Source: Fidelibacterota bacterium | GTDB lineage: Bacteria; Fidelibacterota; Marinisomatia; Marinisomatales; TCS56 | DNA length: 37,860 nt | Reading direction: 5' to 3' | Assembly (NCBI GenBank): GCA_043822705.1 | Contig: JBDRBK010000162.1 | Coordinates: forward strand, 1-37,860 | Part shown: positions 9,301-17,101 of the stretch, one piece after another | How positions within the stretch are numbered: the first letter of the stretch is position 1 | How the letters are laid out: each line of letters begins with the position of its first letter | Made by a program: the position numbers and the translations under genes | The notes under the pieces: model-generated | Database searches by the model: none | The model's input: the letters and a program-made list of their open reading frames with translations, nothing else | Told to the model about the DNA's origin: nothing

Positions 9301-9840
9301 TTATGATTGCAGCAGGTCGTGCCGCAGCCGTTTCAGACGGGTCGCAAGCGATCCGTCCACAAACAGGTTCCCGATCCGTAATTTGAGTCCCCCCAGCAGC
9401 TCCGGCTCGATCACGGTGGCGAAATCCACCGGCTTATCCAGCCGTGCCTTCAGGACCTTTTCAATCGCTGCGACCGCCGCCGAATCCAGTTCGCTGGCGC
9501 TGTAAGCGGTCACGGTGATCACATCCAGGGTGGCGCGCTGGATCACCTGATAGGCCCGCAGGGTGGGAACCAGCAGTTTCCATTCCTTGCGCTCCGACAG
9601 CAGGGCGAAAAATTCGGCCACGATGGCATGGCAGTGACCCTGCAGAATTTTTCCCAGCACGGCCACTTTGTCCACCGGTTTGATACGCGGCGTCTGGAAA
9701 AACACCTTGAACAACGCGTCCTTTTTCAGCAGATAGGCTACCACCAGCAGCGAATCGCGGACCGCCAGAATGCTGTCGGTCCGCCGGGCCACATTGAACA
9801 GGGCCTGGGCATAATGCCGGGCGTGTTTATCAGGCCTCAT
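9301..9840 (-). CDS. atpH: ATP synthase F1 delta subunit
   Basis: ARHYAQALF, PELLGGLKLRIGNLFVDGSL; operon position. Confidence 0.97.
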   Translation of the reverse strand: MRPDKHARHYAQALFNVARRTDSILAVRDSLLVVAYLLKKDALFKVFFQTPRIKPVDKVAVLGKILQGHCHAIVAEFFALLSERKEWKLLVPTLRAYQVIQRATLDVITVTAYSASELDSAAVAAIEKVLKARLDKPVDFATVIEPELLGGLKLRIGNLFVDGSLATRLKRLRHDLLQS

Positions 9841-10336
9841 TACGCTTCCGGATCGAATCGACCGTTTCGTCGATCAAAACCTGATTGTCGGCCGGGGACA
9901 GATTTTTCCGGATCAGCTTGCCGGCCACTTGCAGCGACAGGTCGACTACTTCGCGCTTGATCTCGGAAATAGCCTTTTCCTTCTCGGCCTGAATCTGTTT
10001 TTCGGCATTCTTGAGTAGCACGCCGGCCTGTTGCCGGGCGGTTTCCAGGGTCTCGGTCTTGAGTTTTTCACCGGCGACCTTGCCCTCGGCCACGATATTC
10101 CGGGCTTCGTCGCGGGCCTGGGCGATCAGCTCTTCCGATTTCCGCTGGAGTTGTTCCAGTTCGGCACGAGCCTTTTCCGCATTGTCCAGAGAGTCGCGGA
10201 TGGTCTTTTCCCGTTTATCCAGCAGGGCCAGCAGCGGCTTCCAGGCAAACCTGGACAGCAATCCCAGCAGGATCAGGAAGACCAGGATCGTCCAGATGAA
10301 CAGACCCGGATCGGGTTGAACAAGAGGATTATTCAT
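9830..10336 (-). CDS. atpF: ATP synthase Fo b subunit
   Basis: PDPGLFIWTILVFLILL transmembrane segment, FAWKPLL..LDKRE, long coiled coil. Confidence 0.97.
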   Translation of the reverse strand: MNNPLVQPDPGLFIWTILVFLILLGLLSRFAWKPLLALLDKREKTIRDSLDNAEKARAELEQLQRKSEELIAQARDEARNIVAEGKVAGEKLKTETLETARQQAGVLLKNAEKQIQAEKEKAISEIKREVVDLSLQVAGKLIRKNLSPADNQVLIDETVDSIRKRNEA

Positions 10337-10433
10337 GTTTTGGTCTTTAATTGACCGGACATTCAGTCAAACGCGGGCTCAACCGGCGTTTAGGGCCGGA
10401 AATTTCCGCAGCTGGTATTGACCGACAGCCGAT

Positions 10434-10745
10434 TTATTTCATCAATACGATTAACAGCACGAACACTTCCGCCAGAATCGCGACCCCTTCCAGCAGGAAG
10501 AGCGGCAGGTTGATGGCGCCGGTGATCTGGGCGGCGGCTTCGGGCTGACGGGCGATGCTTTCGGCGGCAGCGGCGGTGAATTTGCTGATCCCAAGGGCGG
10601 CACCGATCACGATGATACCCAGTCCGATGGCGGCGCCGAAATAGTGCAGATTCAGGCTGCCTTCGGCGGCCAGAAGCGGTGCGACCGCCGGCATTACAAA
10701 CAGCACCAGCCAGGTCACAATCGTGTATTTTCCAGTACGTGTCAT
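10434..10745 (-). CDS. atpE: ATP synthase Fo c subunit with signal-peptide-like N-terminal extension
   Basis: ESIARQPE loop and LLEGVA carboxylate. Start moved from 10775 to ATG 10745, which follows a GGAGG RBS. Confidence 0.95.
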   Translation of the reverse strand: MTRTGKYTIVTWLVLFVMPAVAPLLAAEGSLNLHYFGAAIGLGIIVIGAALGISKFTAAAAESIARQPEAAAQITGAINLPLFLLEGVAILAEVFVLLIVLMK

Positions 10746-10761
10746 TTCAAATAACCTCCGA

Positions 10762-11679
10762 TTAATGGTGTACATTGATGGCCATGCCGATGAAAACCGA
10801 TGTCAGCATGGTGAAAACATAAGCTTGAACCAGAATAACAATGATTTCCAGAGCCGAGATGCCCACCGCCAACGGGACCGACACCAACAGCCCGGCACCG
10901 ATTCCGGCGATCGCTGTTTTGAACAGCGACGTGAAAATGAATACGAACGACAGAATCGCCAGAATCGCGATATGTCCGCCGGTCATATTGGCCGCCAGTC
11001 GCATAGTCAGAGCGAAGGGTTTGACCAGCATCCCGATGATCTCGATCGGGATCAGCAAAATGTAGATCGGCCAGGCCAGTCCATGGGGCACCAGGTTCTT
11101 CCAGTGATTGATAAATCCGTGGGCCTTGCTGCCGGCGATGATGATGCTGAAAAAGGTGATGATCGCCAGGGCGGCGGTGACGTTGTAATTTCCGGTGGCG
11201 GTGACTCCGCCGGGGAGTACGCGGTTGATCAGCGATTCGGGACCGGTGTGCAGGATGAAGCGGTCGATGGCGCCTAAAAGATCGAAAATCGGGACCAGTC
11301 CGATGGCATTGGCGGCGAGGATGAAACAAAAGAAGGTCAGGATCAGGGGCGCCCAGGTATTGGTGAATTTTTCACCGACATTAGGCCGGATGATCGAATC
11401 CCGGATAAACTGAACCACCGCTTCCAGGGCGTTCATGAAACCGCTGGGGACCGGTTTTTCCTGCTTGATGTATTTACGGACGGCCCAGGTGATCACGGTG
11501 AACACGATGGCCGCCACCAGCCAGATCATCAGCACATGCTTGGAGATCGACAGATTGATACCAAAGATGGTTGGTAATTCCAGGATCGGATGATCAGGAG
11601 AACTGTTGGATACGTGATGAAGGATTACTTCGCCAGCATCGAACTCGCCCGTGCCGCTTCCGTGTTCCGTTGCGCTCAT
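10762..11679 (-). CDS. atpB: ATP synthase Fo a subunit
   Basis: KPFALTMRLAANMTGGH (essential Arg), LEIIVILVQAYVFTML. Confidence 0.98.
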   Translation of the reverse strand: MSATEHGSGTGEFDAGEVILHHVSNSSPDHPILELPTIFGINLSISKHVLMIWLVAAIVFTVITWAVRKYIKQEKPVPSGFMNALEAVVQFIRDSIIRPNVGEKFTNTWAPLILTFFCFILAANAIGLVPIFDLLGAIDRFILHTGPESLINRVLPGGVTATGNYNVTAALAIITFFSIIIAGSKAHGFINHWKNLVPHGLAWPIYILLIPIEIIGMLVKPFALTMRLAANMTGGHIAILAILSFVFIFTSLFKTAIAGIGAGLLVSVPLAVGISALEIIVILVQAYVFTMLTSVFIGMAINVHH

Positions 11680-11696
11680 TAATTCATATTCTCGTT

Positions 11697-12056
11697 TTAA
11701 GGCTTTTTCGGCTTAAATATGGCTTGGAAGTATAAGGCTTCGATGATATGCAGAACAATAAAATAGACCGTGAAACTGACGATGAAACTGATCTTTGGCA
11801 ACTCGGTCAGGATGACCAGCAGGCTGATGTAAAGCGCATAGAAAATCATCTTCCCGAGGAATGCTTTCAGCATCAGTGGTGTCAGCGTTTCCGGGTCTTT
11901 TGCATACGTCCGTCGGACCAAGATCAAGGTGGTACAACCAATTAGCCAGGGGCCCAGCATGCCCCAGAAAACGGCGGCGGTGGCGCCCGGGATCAGGCCC
12001 GCGACCAACCCCCAGGAGCCAAAGCTGAACAAAGTGAGATAGATTAATATTTTCAC
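11697..12056 (-). CDS. ATP synthase protein I-like membrane protein (about 4 TM)
   Basis: Hydrophobic 119-aa ORF directly upstream of atpB, the canonical atpI position; GTG start. Confidence 0.7.
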   Translation of the reverse strand: MKILIYLTLFSFGSWGLVAGLIPGATAAVFWGMLGPWLIGCTTLILVRRTYAKDPETLTPLMLKAFLGKMIFYALYISLLVILTELPKISFIVSFTVYFIVLHIIEALYFQAIFKPKKP

Positions 12057-12104
12057 CGGATGCTATACCTTGCAGTTAATAAATCGGCAGCGATCGCAAA
12101 TACT

Positions 12105-12500
12105 TTAGTGATTTATGAAAAAACTGGTCTGCTGGTTCCGGGCCATAACAGCCAGGCGTTCCCGCAACCAGTGTTTGAAAAAGAACCGCGTCCCGGGAAA
12201 CAGCAACAGCAACCCCAGAATATCAGTCAGCAGGCCCGGTGTCAGCAGGACGATCCCGCCCACCAGGATCAGCAGACCGTCCAGCAGCTTTTCCGCCGGC
12301 ATCTGCCCCATGGACAAATCACGCTGGATGTCGTACCAGATCGTGAGTCCGTAGAGCTTAGCCAGGTAGGCGCCGGCCACGCCGGTGCCGATCACCAGTA
12401 AAATGGTATTCCAGAAACCCAGCACCTCACCCAGCTTGATCAGGATCAGGATTTCCACCAGCGGTACGCCGATAAATAATAACAAAAGTCTGCTGAACAT
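12105..12500 (-). CDS. fxsA: FxsA family membrane protein
   Basis: LFIGVPLVEILILI, GGIVLLTPGLLTDILGLLLLFP signature. Confidence 0.93.
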   Translation of the reverse strand: MFSRLLLLFIGVPLVEILILIKLGEVLGFWNTILLVIGTGVAGAYLAKLYGLTIWYDIQRDLSMGQMPAEKLLDGLLILVGGIVLLTPGLLTDILGLLLLFPGTRFFFKHWLRERLAVMARNQQTSFFINH

Positions 12501-12729
12501 AGGTCACTCCAATGCGACAAATTACAAAAGGTTTCCGGCTGCGATTTAAGATTAAAACTGCGAATTGCAGATTGCCGCAGAGACACGGAGGACACAAAGG
12601 AATATTTAAAATAGGAGATTGGAAATTTCTCCTCTGCTCCTCTAACCCTCAACTTACACACAAGTCAACGCTCTCTGCTCTTCGCTCCTTGCTTCATCCG
12701 TAAATTCACCCATCTGTTAAAGGACCCAA

Positions 12730-13032
12730 ATGAAAGTAATCGCTGATTTCTGCATCGTGCCGCTGGGAGTGGGTGTCTCAGTATCCAAATATGTAGCGGA
12801 ATGTGAAAAAATTCTGGCGGCGGCGGGACTGGAATTCAAGCTGCATTCCTATGGCACTGATATCGAAGGTGAATGGGACGCGGTTTTCGCCGCAATTAAA
12901 CGTTGCCACGAAAAAGTTCATGCCATGGGCGCACCGCGGATCACCTCCACCCTGCGCTTCGGCACCCGCACCGACCGCGACCAGACCATGCGGGACAAAC
13001 TGGACAGCGTGCGGGACAGACTGAATGAATAA
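12730..13032 (+). CDS. MTH1187/YkoF family (thiamine-binding) protein
   Basis: ADFCIVPLGVGVSVSKYVA, HSYGTDIEGEWD, GAPRITSTLRFGTRTD; AAGGA RBS. Confidence 0.9.
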   Translation: MKVIADFCIVPLGVGVSVSKYVAECEKILAAAGLEFKLHSYGTDIEGEWDAVFAAIKRCHEKVHAMGAPRITSTLRFGTRTDRDQTMRDKLDSVRDRLNE

Positions 13033-13168
13033 ACCGGCGGCTTTTCTGGTTTCACCGCCGGGTAAACGCATCCTGATTGCGCTGGTTATTTTCCTGATCG
13101 GCCTGCGCTTCGATATATTCCTGGTCCTGATCCCCTTCGTCTTGTGGCCCAGGAAACGCACAAAATAA
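13025..13168 (+). CDS. Small membrane protein, 47 aa (below ORF-track cutoff)
   Basis: MNKPAAFLVSPPGKRILIALVIFLIGLRFDIFLVLIPFVLWPRKRTK*; start overlaps the upstream stop (ATGAATAA); host-like codons. Confidence 0.65.
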   Translation: MNKPAAFLVSPPGKRILIALVIFLIGLRFDIFLVLIPFVLWPRKRTK

Positions 13169-13212
13169 AAGGGGCCGCTTTTCCTGTCGAATTAATTTTA
13201 CAATTTATCTGT

Positions 13213-13257
13213 TTGCACGATTAATCGTCCGGTCGTAATTTCGACCAGTGAGTCGAA
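13213..13257 (+). promoter_or_regulatory. Putative promoter and TetR operator
   Basis: TTGCAC (13213-13218), 17 nt, TAATTT; overlapped or followed by the palindrome TTCGAC-CAGTGA-GTCGAA (13240-13257), upstream of tetR. Confidence 0.6.
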
Positions 13258-13279
13258 TAACGGAATATACAGTCCGACA

Positions 13280-13885
13280 ATGCTAACCAACCGTAAAATA
13301 GAAGAACGGCAGGCCCGCAAGCAGCGGATTCTTCAGGGTGCCCTGGAAGTATTCCGGGAAAAAGGCGTCGAGGGCGCCACCATGGATGAAATCGCCCAGA
13401 TGGCGGGATTCGGCAAAAGCACCCTCTACTACTACTTCCCTTCTAAGGAAGATGTCTTCACGGCGATCATGGTCGACGGCTGGGAACACCTGTGGCTCAG
13501 CATCGAAGATATTATCCACGCCGACTATCCGCCAAAAGAAACCTTTCTGAAAATCCTGAAAGCGCTGGCAGAGATAGTCGACCATAACCGGGCCCGCTAT
13601 GAATTTCTGTTCAACGCTGCCAAGATGCTCAGTCAGCATACCAACGAACCGGCCTGGCGACCCTTCCAGCAACGCCTGTACGCCACCCTGCTGGCGATAC
13701 TTAAGGATGGCGTTGCGGCCGGGGAATTCGCCGATATTCAGCCGGAGCTGATGCTCCAGGCGATCGGGGGAATCTTCCATCAGATGGTCTTCACACGGCG
13801 CGACCGCAGTGAAGTGACCGAAGCGGAAATTGAAGACGTTGTTACCCGACTCCTGCTGAAATTCACCGAAACCACTCCCCACTGA
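13280..13885 (+). CDS. TetR/AcrR family transcriptional regulator
   Basis: ILQGALEVFREKG..ATMDEIAQMAGFGKSTLYYYFPSKEDVF HTH. Confidence 0.96.
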   Translation: MLTNRKIEERQARKQRILQGALEVFREKGVEGATMDEIAQMAGFGKSTLYYYFPSKEDVFTAIMVDGWEHLWLSIEDIIHADYPPKETFLKILKALAEIVDHNRARYEFLFNAAKMLSQHTNEPAWRPFQQRLYATLLAILKDGVAAGEFADIQPELMLQAIGGIFHQMVFTRRDRSEVTEAEIEDVVTRLLLKFTETTPH

Positions 13886-13914
13886 TCTTTGACAAACTGC
13901 TAATTCAAACACTG

Positions 13915-16101
13915 ATGCCGTATCTGCAGATTTTACGACCAGTCCTGATTTTACTGATCGGAGCCGGCACCCTGTCCGCCGCCGAAATCAGCGGCCGCGT
14001 GATCGATGCCGCTTCCGGCCAGCCGGTCATCAATGCCAACGTAGTGGTCGAAAAAATGAACACCGGCGCCGCCACCGATCTGGACGGCTATTTTACCATC
14101 GGCGGTCTGCCGACGGGTACCTATGCAATCTTTGTTTCCCATATCGCTTACGAGAATAAGCGATTATCTGTTAAAGCTGAACATGGCGATCCACTGATCA
14201 TCAAATTATCGGAGACGTTTTTTCAGCTTGGCGAAGTGGTAGTTACCGGGACAAGGACCGAAAAAATCCACCAGAATGTCCCGGTGACTACCGAAATTAT
14301 TTCCAGGAAAGATATCGATGACAGCGGCACCCTCGATCTGGGCGAGCTGCTGAACCAGCGCGCCGGTGTGGCCACTACCGCTTCCGTAGAGGGTGGTGCG
14401 GTAGTCAATCTAATGGGCATCGACTCTCGCTATATTTTAATTCTGGTCGACGGTCAGCCGATCACCGGTAAATTCAACAATCGTGTTTCCTTGGAACAGG
14501 TACCTACCTCGGTCATCGAAAAAATCGAAATCATCAAAGGACCCAATTCCTCGCTCTACGGCAGTGAGGCCATGGGCGGTGTAATCAATGTAATTACCAG
14601 CAAGCAGGTCAGCGGAATAAAAGTATCAGCGCGATTGCGGCAATCCGGTGATATGACGACAATGCTGGTTAATAATGAAGAACAATTCTTTGGCCCAGAA
14701 TATGGAAAACAGACCAACCTGCAGACCAATCTGGGTTATGGCGATGCAGCGGTAACCGGGCGTTTAAACCTGGACTATACCTATTCCCTGCCCAACGATA
14801 TTGCCCCGCATATTTCCGTCGATGAAATCAATCGCTTCAGTCTTGGCAGTGAATTGACCTACAAAACCATACCGCAGTTAAAGCTGCATTCCAAATACGA
14901 CCTGTACCGCAGTCTTGAGGAAAGTCACTCTTCGGCGATGAATGCCGCCACCACGGTAAATCGCAATAATATACTGGCTGATGCCAGTTATAAACCGTTA
15001 GAATCATTGGAAATTCAAGTGATCGGCCGCTGGTCGGACTACTACCGGCTCTACGATCAGATCCGACCCTGGAATGTTGACACCGGAGAATATGAAAGCC
15101 GCGACACCACGACTGCCGATGATCTGGAAATGGAATTGATCGGTATTTATTCCATGGATAACTCCACTTTGAATATCGGTTTTGAACAGGGTGTGACCAA
15201 ATATGCCGGTGAGCGTCTGAATGAAGGTGAGCGCTCACTGACCACATCCAGTCTGTACGGACAGTATGAGTTCAGTCCGTTGCATAACACAACTTTAGTG
15301 ATCGGCACACGCTGGGACGATAACAATGAGATTGAACCGGTGATCAGTCCCCGGCTGGCAGTCATGTACGCCCTGGATCAACGCTGGAAACTGCGCGCTG
15401 CCTACGGTCGCGGTTATCGACAGCCTTCATTCATGGAGCGTTATATCGATTGGTACCATGCCGGTATCGGGTACTCGATCATCGGCAACCCGGATTTAAA
15501 ACCGGAACGTTCGAACGGCTGGAATATCGGTGTTGAATATTATCATCCAGGTGCTTATCAGGTCAGCCTGATGATTTATAGAACCAAATTTTATGATATG
15601 ATCGACGATTACATTTACGATGGTGATAACCAGACTTACCCCGGTACCGCCTTCAGTTATCGAAATATCAATGAAGTCCGTTTCACCGGTATTGAATTTC
15701 AGAACCGCTGGAAAATTTCCGATCAGTGGTTGGCCAGTTGGGGTTATAATTTCGTCGATAATCGTGATCTGGAGACCGACTCCCTGATTTCCAACACCCA
15801 ACCCCACACCGGCAATATCAGAATCAGCTACCAGAGCAAAAACAGTAGACTGTCGGGAAGTATCAAGGCCAAGCTGGTGGGTCCGTACTATCCCGAGGAT
15901 TTTGATACCGATCTCGATGATTTCATCCGGGCCACCACGAAGCGCGAAACATTCGGCATTTTCGATCTGGACCTGAAATACGCCCTGACCCGACACGCCA
16001 AACTGGCCGTCGGCAGCCAGAACATACTGGATTATACCGATGACCGCTACGGACCATTCATCGGGCGCCGGGTCTACGCCGAAATAACAACAGAATTTTA
16101 A
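13915..16101 (+). CDS. TonB-dependent receptor (HmuR/CirA-like) with N-terminal carboxypeptidase-regulatory-like domain
   Basis: Signal peptide; ISGRVIDAASGQPVINANV; EVVVTGTR; plug ILILVDGQP and IEKIEIIKGPNSSLYGSEAMGGVINVIT; YRQP...GNPDLKPE; terminal Phe. Confidence 0.95.
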   Translation: MPYLQILRPVLILLIGAGTLSAAEISGRVIDAASGQPVINANVVVEKMNTGAATDLDGYFTIGGLPTGTYAIFVSHIAYENKRLSVKAEHGDPLIIKLSETFFQLGEVVVTGTRTEKIHQNVPVTTEIISRKDIDDSGTLDLGELLNQRAGVATTASVEGGAVVNLMGIDSRYILILVDGQPITGKFNNRVSLEQVPTSVIEKIEIIKGPNSSLYGSEAMGGVINVITSKQVSGIKVSARLRQSGDMTTMLVNNEEQFFGPEYGKQTNLQTNLGYGDAAVTGRLNLDYTYSLPNDIAPHISVDEINRFSLGSELTYKTIPQLKLHSKYDLYRSLEESHSSAMNAATTVNRNNILADASYKPLESLEIQVIGRWSDYYRLYDQIRPWNVDTGEYESRDTTTADDLEMELIGIYSMDNSTLNIGFEQGVTKYAGERLNEGERSLTTSSLYGQYEFSPLHNTTLVIGTRWDDNNEIEPVISPRLAVMYALDQRWKLRAAYGRGYRQPSFMERYIDWYHAGIGYSIIGNPDLKPERSNGWNIGVEYYHPGAYQVSLMIYRTKFYDMIDDYIYDGDNQTYPGTAFSYRNINEVRFTGIEFQNRWKISDQWLASWGYNFVDNRDLETDSLISNTQPHTGNIRISYQSKNSRLSGSIKAKLVGPYYPEDFDTDLDDFIRATTKRETFGIFDLDLKYALTRHAKLAVGSQNILDYTDDRYGPFIGRRVYAEITTEF

Positions 16102-16117
16102 TTCAGGAGAATCCACC

Positions 16118-17041
16118 ATGAGAATAAAATGGTTAGCAATCACCCTTTCACTACTGATGTTTATTACTATTGGTTGTGAAGATAATAACAATGATATTGA
16201 TTTGATATCAGCCCATACCGGCAATATCGAGCTGTCGGCGCAACTGTTCTCATTCGAAAATAACGAATTTGTAGATACTTACGATCTGAAACTGGTTTAT
16301 GAAAATCAGAATTACCTGGTAAAGCTGAATTCATCGGCCCAGGTAGTCGCGGTTAAAGCCGATACTACTTTTGATCTGGCGACGTTACCTCCATACGGCT
16401 ATACTACCGATACTGACACTAATTATGCCATTGGTGACAGTTGGCAGGATAGCAGTACTTATAATTTCACGGATCACAGCATTCAGGGTAATGGTCAAGT
16501 GTACTTTGTCCGGGCCAGCAATTATGAATGGATCAAACTGGAAATTCTCTCCGGATCGCCTACTGGGATCAGTTTCAAATATGCCACTGCAACCACTGCC
16601 GCGCAAACGGTGAATTTGAGTTATGGTGCCGGCGATCCAGCCTTTTACAATTTTACTGCCGCCGATGAAATCAACCCAGAAGACTGGGAATTAGGCTTTG
16701 TTACCATCCCGGTATACACCGGGCCGACTATGGGCACGATCTACATGCCTTCGGTCATTTATAATATTGAAAATGGCATCGAGGTAATGGTAATTACCGA
16801 TGATATTTTTGATGATGTGAAAAGTATACCGGCCAACGCGACTTGGATTACCGCCACCCAGGAACTCGGCTATGAGGGTTCAGCGGAAGTACTGGTGTAT
16901 CATCCTGAGCCACCCTACAACCACCAAGTCATTGTAGAAAACGATAATTATGTCTACATATTCAAGACTGAAAACGGCAATTTTAAGGTTCAATTCAATG
17001 AATACGATGATGTAGTGATTTTCGATTTCACTGAATTATAA
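16118..17041 (+). CDS. Lipoprotein, probable tandem HmuY-like domains
   Basis: Lipobox-like ITIG-C followed by an acidic linker. Two repeats of [YW][DE]L...Y-x-x-[RK]...[IF]K[LV][EQ] (YDLKL/VYFVRASNYEWIKLEIL and WELGF/VYIFKTENGNFKVQF). AGGAG RBS. Confidence 0.7.
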   Translation: MRIKWLAITLSLLMFITIGCEDNNNDIDLISAHTGNIELSAQLFSFENNEFVDTYDLKLVYENQNYLVKLNSSAQVVAVKADTTFDLATLPPYGYTTDTDTNYAIGDSWQDSSTYNFTDHSIQGNGQVYFVRASNYEWIKLEILSGSPTGISFKYATATTAAQTVNLSYGAGDPAFYNFTAADEINPEDWELGFVTIPVYTGPTMGTIYMPSVIYNIENGIEVMVITDDIFDDVKSIPANATWITATQELGYEGSAEVLVYHPEPPYNHQVIVENDNYVYIFKTENGNFKVQFNEYDDVVIFDFTEL

Positions 17042-17063
17042 TTCGCGATCTGTATATATAAAT

Positions 17064-17101
17064 ATTGAAAAGCCCCCGGTTTTAACCGGTGGCTTTTCAA
17101 T
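17064..17101. terminator. Bidirectional terminator-like hairpin with REP-like core
   Basis: ATTGAAAAGCC-C-CCGGTT-TT-AACCGG-T-GGCTTTTCAAT between convergent genes. The core GGTTTTAACC matches the hairpin at 4990-5014. Confidence 0.8.

Noticed and set aside
12500..12730. TPP riboswitch upstream of the thiamine-binding-family gene
   Set aside because: No CTGAGA / ACCTGA core found. The region only has purine-rich (GCAGAGACACGGAGGACACAAAGG) and pyrimidine-rich tracts resembling a decayed repeat, too weak to call.
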